Origin: Polyangiales bacterium
Lineage (GTDB): Bacteria > Myxococcota_A > Polyangia > Polyangiales > Polyangiaceae
DNA: 64,000 nucleotides
Assembly: GCA_038230375.1 (NCBI GenBank)
Contig: JBBRNJ010000020.1
Location: 45,286 to 109,285 of the forward strand
Direction: 5' to 3'
Shown: piece by piece, positions 20,269-30,321 of the stretch
Layout of the letters: every line of letters starts with the position of its first letter
Position numbering within the stretch: position 1 is the first letter of the stretch
Made by a program: the position numbers and the translations under genes
Notes under the pieces: generated by a model
Told to the model about the DNA's origin: nothing
The model's input: the letters and a program-made list of their open reading frames with translations, nothing else
The model's database searches: none

Positions 20269-20291
20269 GCTATTGACTTGGGGTCAATAGC
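20269..20291. promoter_or_regulatory. Perfect 9-bp inverted repeat, candidate operator
   Basis: GCTATTGAC-TTGGG-GTCAATAGC in a divergent intergenic region. Confidence 0.55.
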
Positions 20292-20328
20292 CTGCAGCGC
20301 GCTGCCATCAGAGGGATCGCGACATCGG

Positions 20329-20530
20329 TGAGGTCGAGGTCGAAGTCGTTGTCGAGTCGAGGTCGAAGTTCGCGGCGTCGTCGAGGCCGTCGGTGCCGTC
20401 GAGGTCGAAGTTCGCGGCGTCGTCGAGGTCGAAGTTCGCGGCGTCGTCGAGGCCGTCGGTGCCGTCGAGGTCGAAGTCCCCGTCGAAGTCGCCGTCGTTG
20501 TCGAAGTCGAGGTCGAAGTCCCCGTCGATC
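20329..20530. repeat. Intergenic GTCGAN hexamer-period tandem repeat
   Basis: Repeated blocks GTCGAGGTCGAAGTTCGCGGCGTC and GTCGAGGCCGTCGGTGCC. Confidence 0.9.
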
Positions 20531-20564
20531 CCCTATGCTCCCCTTTCACCTCGGGAGGTGCTTC

Positions 20565-21023
20565 TTGCAATTCAATCCGTGCTCGTCCTGTGCTCGCCAC
20601 GTGAAGGCCTCCGAGACCGCTTGCCCGTTCTGCGGTGCTGGCATCATCGCGTCCGTTGCGGGCTCGGCGGAGGGTCGCGTACGTGACCGCACCGCGCTCC
20701 TCTTCGGCGCCGCGGCCATCGCCGGAACTCTCGCCGTTGCTGGCTGCAACAACAACGCGACCACGGATGGCGCCACCGGCGGCGCGACCGGCACGCCCAC
20801 GAACGCGACCACGCCCACCGCCCCGACCCACGAGCCCACCGGCATGGTGATGCCCTACGGCGTACCGATCCCGCACGACGTGGACGCCTCGTCACCGCCA
20901 GTGGCCACGCCCGTCGACGCTGGAAAGCCGAAGCCGCCACAGCCGCCTCAGCCGCAACCGACTGCCGTCCCCGCATACGGCTTGCCCATGCCCACTTCGT
21001 CCCAACCGGCGCCGAAGAAATGA
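20565..21023 (+). CDS. Zn-ribbon lipoprotein-like protein with two xYGxP motifs (paralog 1)
   Basis: TTG start after GGGAGGTG; PCSSCARHVKASETACPFC, hydrophobic segment ending VAGC, MPYGVP and PAYGLP. Confidence 0.75.
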   Translation: MQFNPCSSCARHVKASETACPFCGAGIIASVAGSAEGRVRDRTALLFGAAAIAGTLAVAGCNNNATTDGATGGATGTPTNATTPTAPTHEPTGMVMPYGVPIPHDVDASSPPVATPVDAGKPKPPQPPQPQPTAVPAYGLPMPTSSQPAPKK

Positions 21024-21179
21024 GACCGACGCTGGCGCTCACGCCGTGACGGACGCCTCTCCCTACGGTGTCCTACCTGGCCGCGACCTGGATTTTCTCG
21101 GGCGAAAGTAAATCTTTCAGGACGAGGCAACTTCCGTCGCGCTGCCACGTACGATCAAGCACGAAAGAGGAACCTGACC

Positions 21180-21335
21180 ATGATGACCGACCAATCGTGC
21201 AAATGTACTGGGTGTGCGGAGAACGGCTGCTCGTGCGACAAGAACGGCTGCGCATGCAAGGGCCCGTGCCCCTGCGGCCCCGCGTGCGTGTGCTCCAAGG
21301 CGAAGCACGACAAGAAGACCGCTCACAAGCACTGA
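21180..21335 (+). CDS. Metallothionein-like protein (51 aa)
   Basis: MMTDQSCKCTGCAENGCSCDKNGCACKGPCPCGPACVCSKAKHDKKTAHKH; 11 Cys with five CxC pairs; RBS AAAGAGG; shorter than any ORF in the track. Confidence 0.85.
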   Translation: MMTDQSCKCTGCAENGCSCDKNGCACKGPCPCGPACVCSKAKHDKKTAHKH

Positions 21336-21344
21336 GGTGAATTC

Positions 21345-21728
21345 GTGACGCTGGTCCCCTGCGCTGCATGCGCCCGCCACGTGAAGGCCGATGAGTCGCG
21401 GTGTCCCTTCTGCGATGCCGCGCTCACCGCGCCCACGGCTCGCGCAATGACAGCGCTGCCTCGAAGCCGCGCCGCGCTCATGTTCGGCGCCGTGTTCGGA
21501 GCAGCCAGCCTCGCAGGGGCCATCGGCGTCGGGTGCAATGCCTCGCCACCCGCACCAGCCTACGGCGGCCCACCACCGCCACCCGACATGCACTCGCTGA
21601 CGGTCACCCCCGTCACCGCCGGCGACGCGGGCCCGGCACCATTCGCAGTCTCAGCCTACGGCGCCCCGGCGCCCACCGACACAGCCCCGCATCCTGCGGA
21701 CGCCGGTACGAAGCCCAGTTCCAGGTAG
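21345..21728 (+). CDS. Zn-ribbon lipoprotein-like protein with two xYGxP motifs (paralog 2)
   Basis: PCAACARHVKADESRCPFC, hydrophobic segment ending GVGC, PAYGGP and SAYGAP. Confidence 0.78.
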   Translation: MTLVPCAACARHVKADESRCPFCDAALTAPTARAMTALPRSRAALMFGAVFGAASLAGAIGVGCNASPPAPAYGGPPPPPDMHSLTVTPVTAGDAGPAPFAVSAYGAPAPTDTAPHPADAGTKPSSR

Positions 21729-21732
21729 CGCG

Positions 21733-22929
21733 TCAAGCCGGCGCGGTTTGTCGCCAGGTGTCGTGGTAGCCGCGGTCCTCCAGATCGTCTGCGTAGGAAA
21801 GGGGTACGAGCGGCAGCGTGGTGTCGATCATCACGGCGAGCTCGTCGGTGTGCTTGGTCCCGATGCTCTTTTCGTATGCGCCCGGATGCGGTCCGTGCGC
21901 GATACCTGCAGGATGCAACGAGATCGCACCGGGCCCCACGCCCTTGCGGCTCGTGAAGTTGCCGCGCAGGTAGAGAATGACCTCGTCGCAGTCGACGGAG
22001 GAGTGCGGGTATGGACACGGGATCGCGTTCTCGTGGGTGTCCGTCATGCGCGGCACGAACGAGCAGACCAGGAAGCCGGGCCCCGCGAAGGTGCTGTGAA
22101 TCGTGGGCGGCAGGTGAACCTGGCCCGTCTTTGGTTGGTACTTCGTGATGTTGAAGGCCCACGGATAGACGAAGCCGTCCCAGCCGATGACATCCATGGG
22201 TGAACGCTCGAGCATGAGGCTGCTGAAGCGGCCGCTCTTCTTCACGATGAGCTCGCGCGGGCCTTCCGGTACGTGGTCCCACGTAGCGATCGGACCCTGC
22301 GGCGCGATGAAATCGCGATGCGTGTATGGTGCATCCATCTTGAGCTGACCGATGGAGCTGCGGAAGCCTTGCGGCACCACCAGGCCGCCGTGCGCCTCCA
22401 TCACCATGGCCTTGAGCGCGCCGCCGGTGGGCAGTAGCCAGCGATGCGGGAGCGAGCGCGGCACCCAGACGTAGTCGCCCTCGCGCACGTCGAGCACGCC
22501 GCAGTTGGACTCCAGCTTGGCCGCGCCGTCGTGCACGTACCAGAGCTCGTCTGCGTCACCGTTGGCAAAGTAGCTGTCGTCCGTCTCGGTCGCCTGCGCG
22601 AGAAAGATGGTAATGTCCCTGTTGCCCAGGATGGGCACGCGCGCGTCGAGCGCCTTGCCTGCGAGCGCGACACGGCCGCTCTGGTAGAGGCGACGCACGA
22701 GCGGATCTTCCGCGCGCTCGCTCGCGGCGCTGGGTGTGCCTAGCTTGTGCCCACGCGTGGTCCTCCGTGCCTCGGCCGCGGTCGTGGGGAAGCGATGATA
22801 GAAGTACGAGAAGGCGCCGGAGAAGCCGTCGCGCGTGAACATCTCCTCGTAGACGAGCTCGCCGGTCGGCGCGCGCAGCACGGTGTGCGGCTTGTCCGGC
22901 AGTATCCCTGCATGCTTGCGATCGATCAT
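21733..22929 (-). CDS. hmgA: Homogentisate 1,2-dioxygenase
   Basis: NGDADEL, SPMDVIGWDG, HLPPTIHSTF, CSFVPR, HSSVDCDEV, HPAGIAHGPHP. Confidence 0.93.
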   Translation of the reverse strand: MIDRKHAGILPDKPHTVLRAPTGELVYEEMFTRDGFSGAFSYFYHRFPTTAAEARRTTRGHKLGTPSAASERAEDPLVRRLYQSGRVALAGKALDARVPILGNRDITIFLAQATETDDSYFANGDADELWYVHDGAAKLESNCGVLDVREGDYVWVPRSLPHRWLLPTGGALKAMVMEAHGGLVVPQGFRSSIGQLKMDAPYTHRDFIAPQGPIATWDHVPEGPRELIVKKSGRFSSLMLERSPMDVIGWDGFVYPWAFNITKYQPKTGQVHLPPTIHSTFAGPGFLVCSFVPRMTDTHENAIPCPYPHSSVDCDEVILYLRGNFTSRKGVGPGAISLHPAGIAHGPHPGAYEKSIGTKHTDELAVMIDTTLPLVPLSYADDLEDRGYHDTWRQTAPA

Positions 22930-24092
22930 CAGCCGCCCGCCTTCTTCGCCTCGGCCTGCTGCGCGCGCTCGATGCTCTCGAAGAGTGCGCGGAAGTTGCC
23001 GTAGCCGAAGCCGGGGTCACCGGCGCGCTGGATGATCTCGTAGAAGAACGGGCCGGCGCGCGACTCGTCGTACATGACCGCGGCCTCGCGCATGAAGATC
23101 TGGAGCATGTACTTGTCGTTCGCGCCGTCCACGAGGATCTGCAGGCGCTCGAGCTCGCGCAGCTCCTCCTTCACGTTCGTGATGCCCAGCTTCGCGAGGC
23201 GCTCGGGCAGGTCGTCGAAGTAGGACTTTGGCGTCTTGAGGAACTCGACCCCGCGGCCCTTGAGCTCCTCCACCGTGGAGAGGATGTTCGTGACGGCGAA
23301 GGCGATGTGCTGCACGCCGTTACCGTTGTTGTCCTCGATGAACTTCGCGATCTGTGAGTCGCGGAAGAAGGGACGCAGCGGCTCGTTCGTGGCGAACTTC
23401 ACGCCGCTCTCCGGGTCCCACATCACGATCGAGCGAAGCCCCGAGCCGCTCGCGCGATCCTTTGCGATGTCCTTGGTGTGGAAGCTGATGTCCCAGAACG
23501 GCTCGAAGCCGAGCACCTCGCGATAGAACGCGATGATCGGCTGCATCGTGAGGCCATTCGACGTGATGTGGTCGATGGCGGAGATGCCGTAGAGGTTCTC
23601 CGGACGGCTCGCGTGGCCCGTCCCCACGTCCTCGAAGTTCGGCGCGAAGCCGCGGTAGTCGCGGCGCTCGACGAAGCGGAACGCAACATCGCCCAGCGGA
23701 GTCGCGATCTCGACGCTGCGGTACGTGCCTCCGCGCTCGTCCTTGTGCTCCACCGGATCGGCCAGGAACGTGGCGCTCCGAGGCTCCAGGTACGCGATGG
23801 TCTTGTCCAGGTCCTCCACGCGGAACGAGAGGCTCATCACGCCGGCCGGGTGCCGCTTCATGTAGCGCGCGGCCTTGGAGCTCTGACCGAGCGGCGTGGA
23901 GACGCACACACGCACGTCGCCCGCGCCGAAGACGGCCGCTTCCTGTCCGCTTCGCTTGGTGAGGTCCGCGCTCGCACGGGCGACCTCCTTGAAATCGAGC
24001 TTTTCCGTGTAGAATGCACGTGAACGCTCGAGGTTCTCCACCACGAAGTGGAAGCTGTCGTAGCCCTGGATCCCGGAGTGCGGATTCGCCAT
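22929..24092 (-). CDS. hppD: 4-hydroxyphenylpyruvate dioxygenase
   Basis: IDHITSN, NEP, SQI, GVQHIAF, LQIF, FFYEIIQR...GFGYGNFRALFESIE. Confidence 0.93.
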   Translation of the reverse strand: MANPHSGIQGYDSFHFVVENLERSRAFYTEKLDFKEVARASADLTKRSGQEAAVFGAGDVRVCVSTPLGQSSKAARYMKRHPAGVMSLSFRVEDLDKTIAYLEPRSATFLADPVEHKDERGGTYRSVEIATPLGDVAFRFVERRDYRGFAPNFEDVGTGHASRPENLYGISAIDHITSNGLTMQPIIAFYREVLGFEPFWDISFHTKDIAKDRASGSGLRSIVMWDPESGVKFATNEPLRPFFRDSQIAKFIEDNNGNGVQHIAFAVTNILSTVEELKGRGVEFLKTPKSYFDDLPERLAKLGITNVKEELRELERLQILVDGANDKYMLQIFMREAAVMYDESRAGPFFYEIIQRAGDPGFGYGNFRALFESIERAQQAEAKKAGG

Positions 24093-24282
24093 GGCGCGAA
24101 GAATGCCATAGCCACGACCGAAATGCGCTCTGGCCACGGAGCCGGCCCGACCAGCCGACGATCTCGATGCCGGATCGGGCCTGGCGCCCCCAGTGGTCGG
24201 GGCCGTGACCATCCATTCGAGCAGGGGATTGCGCAGGTGCGACGGTGACGCCACCTCGGAAAACACTGGATGAATCCCGACG

Positions 24283-24301
24283 GGCACGATCCTCGCTTCG
24301 A
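24283..24301 (+). promoter_or_regulatory. Sigma54 (-24/-12) promoter-like element
   Basis: GGCACG-ATCCTC-GC (GG-N10-GC); near-identical copy at 25107. Confidence 0.65.
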
Positions 24302-24315
24302 TGCATTGTGCACGC

Positions 24316-24987
24316 ATGCCCGTGAAGTTCTTCGATGCCCCGATCTCCGATGACGAGCTGAACCTGCGGGAGTCGCTGGACGCGCCCACGCTCACGTTCA
24401 AGCGTCAGCGCGTGGTGACCGCCCCGATGCCGTTCCGGCCAGAGGTCACGGAGCAGCCGCGCGCGCCCGTGTATGTGCAGCCGGTTGCCATGCAAGCGAA
24501 CCCGTCGCCACGTGCGCCGCGAAGAACGAGACAGTGGGTGCTTGCCGCGTTGATCGTGATCGGCCTCGGCGCCGCGGGTCACTTCGGTGGCGCGCATGCG
24601 CGCAACGCGATCACGCACGCTCCGCCGCCGATCGCCACGCCTGTGATCGCCGAAGCGAAGCCCGAGCTCGTCGCCACGCCAGTCGTCCGCATCACTGCGC
24701 CGGCGGTACCCGCCAAGCCAACAGCGAAGCCGACGGAGCACCGAGCACACCGCGCAGACCCGACGGCGGCACTGACGGCGACGACTGCGACGACGACTTC
24801 GACGACGACCTCGACATCGACCTCGACGCCGACATCGACCTCGACCTCGACCCCGACCTCGACCTCGACCTCGACGCCGCCCTCGACCCTGACCCCAGCC
24901 CCGACGGCTCCGGCTCCGACGGCCGAGGACGATCTGATGCGGCAGGCCACCGAGACTCTGTCGAACGCGCAGCTCGAAGGTCCCTGA
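24316..24987 (+). CDS. Bitopic Pro/Thr-rich protein with TS repeat
   Basis: One TM segment (WVLAALIVIGLGAAG), TSTS tract, C-terminus DLMRQATETLSNAQLE. Confidence 0.65.
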   Translation: MPVKFFDAPISDDELNLRESLDAPTLTFKRQRVVTAPMPFRPEVTEQPRAPVYVQPVAMQANPSPRAPRRTRQWVLAALIVIGLGAAGHFGGAHARNAITHAPPPIATPVIAEAKPELVATPVVRITAPAVPAKPTAKPTEHRAHRADPTAALTATTATTTSTTTSTSTSTPTSTSTSTPTSTSTSTPPSTLTPAPTAPAPTAEDDLMRQATETLSNAQLEGP

Positions 24988-25106
24988 AGTAGCGCAAGTA
25001 GGACAAGCTGCGTCGTCGCCCCGAGCCCCCAGGCGTCGGGTCCGGCGCCCACCAGCTGTCGAAGGCGCAGTGCAGGATTGGGCTTGTTTTGCCGTGAAAC
25101 GGGGCC

Positions 25107-25125
25107 GGCACGCTCCTCGCTTCGA
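25107..25125 (+). promoter_or_regulatory. Sigma54 (-24/-12) promoter-like element
   Basis: GGCACG-CTCCTC-GC; 18/19 identical to 24283-24301. Confidence 0.65.
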
Positions 25126-25139
25126 ATGGAGGGAACCCC

Positions 25140-26030
25140 ATGTCGGCACATCCCTCCCAGTCGCCCGCCCGGAACGAAGATGCACCCACCCGGATCGTGG
25201 CGGCGCAGCATGACCCGTCCGCGAACCTGCTCGCGCTGGCCGATGCGATCGAGGCCTGTCTGCACGTGAGTGTCGGGACGGACAACGTGGCCGGCGACGA
25301 GCGCACCCTTGCGCTGGATCCCCACAGCGTCATCGTGCGGCCCCAGCAACCGCAGCGTGTCCTCACGACGCAGCCCCTCGCCGTTCAGTCGAAGCCGACC
25401 GCGATCTTCGCGAGCCGCCTGCCCGCGCACTTTGTCGCGCCCAGCCCCGTCGTGATCACCGCGCCCCCGGCGACCACCGCTGCGATCGCCCCGCCGGAGA
25501 AGACCGCAGTCGAGGCTCCGCGCAAGCAGACGTTGTTCGTGCAGCCGGCGAAGCGTAGAAGCAAGGCGCCGTGGCTTGCCGTTGCTGCGCTCCTCATCGC
25601 GGCCGTTGGTGTTGGTGGCTACGTGGAGCGCGGTCACATTCAGCAGTACCGCGCGCAGATGGCCGCGAAGCCCGCGCCCGCAACGCCGGTCGCGCAGATC
25701 GCGCAACCGCAAGCCGCACCCGTCGTCGCTCAGCCTGCGCCCGTTGTCGCCCAGCCCGTCGCCGCGCAGCCAGTGGCGGAGCCGGTGGTCGTGGTTGTTG
25801 CTCAGCCTGTTGCGCCCGTCGCACAGCCGGAGGCTCAGCCCGTCACGGCGCGCGTCAAGCATCGCGAAACCCACGCGCGCAAGCCGGACGCGAAGCCCGC
25901 ATCCGATACGGCGCAGGCGTCGAACGACACGAAGCCCGAGCCCAGGGGCGAAGCAAAGCCCGAGTCGAAGCCCGACATGAAGGCCGCCACCGACGCGATG
26001 TTGAAGGCGCAGCTGGACAGCGCGCTGTAG
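25140..26030 (+). CDS. Bitopic Pro/Ala/Val-rich protein
   Basis: One TM segment (WLAVAALLIAAVGVGG), AQP repeats, C-terminus DMKAATDAMLKAQLD. Confidence 0.7.
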   Translation: MSAHPSQSPARNEDAPTRIVAAQHDPSANLLALADAIEACLHVSVGTDNVAGDERTLALDPHSVIVRPQQPQRVLTTQPLAVQSKPTAIFASRLPAHFVAPSPVVITAPPATTAAIAPPEKTAVEAPRKQTLFVQPAKRRSKAPWLAVAALLIAAVGVGGYVERGHIQQYRAQMAAKPAPATPVAQIAQPQAAPVVAQPAPVVAQPVAAQPVAEPVVVVVAQPVAPVAQPEAQPVTARVKHRETHARKPDAKPASDTAQASNDTKPEPRGEAKPESKPDMKAATDAMLKAQLDSAL

Positions 26031-26059
26031 ACAGTCTCTGGATTGATGCGCGCGCGCTC

Positions 26060-28519
26060 CTAGACTGGGGGTGGAGAGGTCTGGCGTTCCTTCTGCGGGA
26101 TGAGGCCTTCACGCATGCGTGCAAGGAACGAAGCCACGCGCGGGTTTGGTGCGCCCCGTCCAGCGACCGCAGAGTCCAGGATGTCCACCCAGTAGACCAC
26201 AGCAAAGCCGCGCTGCACGGAGAGCGCGACCAGATCGCGGAGCGCTCCGTCTTCGTCGATGGTCGTGCCGGCACTCAACTCCGCAAGAGACTGGATCGCC
26301 GCACGCGCAAACTCGATGTCGCTCGAGGCCAGGCGCGCCGCCACGACCCGCTCCTTCGCGCGCGCGGTCTCCTTCAGGGCGCTGTGCGCGTCGCCTGCGG
26401 CCAGCGCCACCAGCGCGCGCGTCGCGCATGCGAATGCCTGCGTCCGCTGCTGCATCATCGACAGACGCGCTTCGGTGAGCTCCGCTGCGAGCTCGCGTGC
26501 CTCGGCATGCTCCCTGGCGCCGGTCCGCGCGATGATCTCGTTCACGAGCGCCAGCAGCTCCACGTCTGGTGAGATCTCAGCGCGCGCGGCCTGCCTTGCC
26601 GCCTTGAAGCGCTCGGCGGCCTCCTGGTGCTCACCGCGCATGATGAATGCAGCGCCGCGGCTCTGCTCCGCCGCATGCAGCAACGTGGGCAGGTCCCCGT
26701 GACCGAGCAGCAGACTCGCGCGCGAGAGCAGCCTGCGTCCCTCCGCTTCCTGGCCCTCGGATTCTATGAGCATCCCTCCGAGCGCGACCAGAACGCGCAC
26801 CTCCAACAAGGTGCATCCTGCACGCATCGAGATCGAGAGAGCACGCCGCAGCTCACGGGTGGCGCGCGCGGGATCGACCCGCGCCGCAAGGAGGCCCATC
26901 ATGACCGACCGCACGCACTCGTCGAATGAACGCTCGGGGATGGCGGCGCCTTCGAGCGCCACGTCCACGTCGAGCAGGGCATCTCCCGCGTCCACCTTGC
27001 CCAGCGTGCAGAGGTGCAGTCCGCGCGCAATGACCAGGTTCATGGCCTGAGGTGATCTCCGCGACTCTCCCTCGAACCGGGCGAGCGAGCGCTCCACCCG
27101 GGCAAGCGCGCGTTCGGCGTCTTCCTTGCCGCCCATGAGCGCGGCGAACGACTCCGCACGCGCCGCGAGATCCTTCGCGAGAAGCGGCGACCAGTCGTCC
27201 GCGCGTGCCGAATCGACGCGTGCACGCGTCACGCGCCGGGCACGCAGCGCCAGGAATGCGCTCCCCACCATGCCGGCGATCGGATGGGTGCCAGTCAGCG
27301 GCTCCAGCAGCAGCGCCGCGGCATCCAGATCGAGGCGCAGCGTCATCACGAGCGCGCGCACGACACGACCGAAGGTACCTTTTCGCTCGCGGCGGGACAG
27401 CGCGTCGAGCATCGCCATGTCCATGGTTGCCAGGGACTCGGACACCGCCTTCTCGGGCAGGTCGTCGACCTCGTAGACGCGCGGAGGGGGGGCTGGCACA
27501 GCGATCGCGATCGCCTGCGCCGGGAGCGAGGCGGGTGGCTGCTCCACCACTGCGGGTCCGATGCCCATGAGCGGGCGCACGCTCGCGGGCGCGAGATCTT
27601 CCGAGGAGAGCGTCGCCGGAGAGACGGACATGGCCGGCGGCGGCACGCTCTTGCGCGGAGGCTCGCTCATGGGCCCGCGCGAGTTGACCGGCGCGGTGTC
27701 GAGGTCGGCGATGGTGTCGAATGCCTCGCGCGCGGTCGCGAAGCGATCCGCCTCGTCGCGAGCCAGGAGGCGCATGAGCGCGGACGCCAGCGGATCGGGC
27801 ACGCGGCCCGCGAGGACGGGGTCCTTGGTGATGCGTGCACGGAGCCGCTCCTCGCGCGTGTCACCCGAGTGAAGCAGCCCCACGCCGAGCAGCTCGAAGA
27901 GCACCAACCCCGCGGCGTAGAGATCCGATCGCGGAGAGATCACGCCGCGCGTGAGCGCCTCGGGCGCCATGTAGTCCACCGTTCCGAAGAGCGGCGTTCC
28001 GTTTCCCGCGAGCTCCGGTGAGAGCCCGGTTGCCTGCGCCGCAAGACCGAAATCGACGATCTTCGGGTTCTCGAAGCTGTAAGCGCTGCCGCGCTGCACG
28101 AGCACGTTCCGCGGCTTGATGTCCAGGTGGAGCACACCCGCGTCGTGCGCGTCGGCGATTCCTTCGAGCAGCGCACGCGCCACACGGAGCACTTCATGCG
28201 GAAGAAGAGCGCGTCCGAACGAGCGCGGCTCCAGCGGGAGCGGGTCTGTGACGAGCTCGAGGGCGATGTAGAGACCGCCGGTCTCATCTGCGCCGTGATC
28301 GTAGAGGGCGGCGATACGGCGCGATTTCAGTTTTGAAAGGGCACGCGCCTCCGCCAGAAACCGCTGCCTTAACGCTGGTACGTCGGGCCCGGGAGGAACG
28401 ATCTTCAAGGCAACATCGCGCGCAGCACGCATATCGCGGGCGCGATACACCGTGGCGGTGCCCCCGGAGCCGAGTGGCTCGCCGAGCTCGTATCGTCCGA
28501 AAAGAATCGGCACCTGCAC
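26060..28519 (-). CDS. Hanks-type Ser/Thr protein kinase with helical C-terminal region
   Basis: LGSGGTATVY, VALK, HLDIKPRN, DFG, GTVDYMAPE, SDLY. Confidence 0.92.
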   Translation of the reverse strand: MQVPILFGRYELGEPLGSGGTATVYRARDMRAARDVALKIVPPGPDVPALRQRFLAEARALSKLKSRRIAALYDHGADETGGLYIALELVTDPLPLEPRSFGRALLPHEVLRVARALLEGIADAHDAGVLHLDIKPRNVLVQRGSAYSFENPKIVDFGLAAQATGLSPELAGNGTPLFGTVDYMAPEALTRGVISPRSDLYAAGLVLFELLGVGLLHSGDTREERLRARITKDPVLAGRVPDPLASALMRLLARDEADRFATAREAFDTIADLDTAPVNSRGPMSEPPRKSVPPPAMSVSPATLSSEDLAPASVRPLMGIGPAVVEQPPASLPAQAIAIAVPAPPPRVYEVDDLPEKAVSESLATMDMAMLDALSRRERKGTFGRVVRALVMTLRLDLDAAALLLEPLTGTHPIAGMVGSAFLALRARRVTRARVDSARADDWSPLLAKDLAARAESFAALMGGKEDAERALARVERSLARFEGESRRSPQAMNLVIARGLHLCTLGKVDAGDALLDVDVALEGAAIPERSFDECVRSVMMGLLAARVDPARATRELRRALSISMRAGCTLLEVRVLVALGGMLIESEGQEAEGRRLLSRASLLLGHGDLPTLLHAAEQSRGAAFIMRGEHQEAAERFKAARQAARAEISPDVELLALVNEIIARTGAREHAEARELAAELTEARLSMMQQRTQAFACATRALVALAAGDAHSALKETARAKERVVAARLASSDIEFARAAIQSLAELSAGTTIDEDGALRDLVALSVQRGFAVVYWVDILDSAVAGRGAPNPRVASFLARMREGLIPQKERQTSPPPV

Positions 28520-28535
28520 ACCTTAGCCTTTTTGA

Positions 28536-30287
<1,752 letters not shown>

Positions 30288-30321
30288 CCGCTGCGCGCGC
30301 GGCTAGGTCGGACGCGCCGAG

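Noticed and set aside
20329..20530. Possible CRISPR array
   Set aside because: Low-complexity hexamer periodicity, no unique spacers, no cas genes
20328..20564. Arg-rich N-terminal extension of ORF 20328..21023
   Set aside because: It is a translation of the repeat; the paralog and RBS support a start at 20565
21333..21380. Selenocysteine read-through of the metallothionein TGA
   Set aside because: No convincing SECIS hairpin; the downstream sequence is explained as the RBS and start of the next gene
21733..24092. Functional link between hppD/hmgA and the Tyr-Gly motif proteins
   Set aside because: Opposite strand and ordinary tyrosine catabolism; adjacency alone is not evidence
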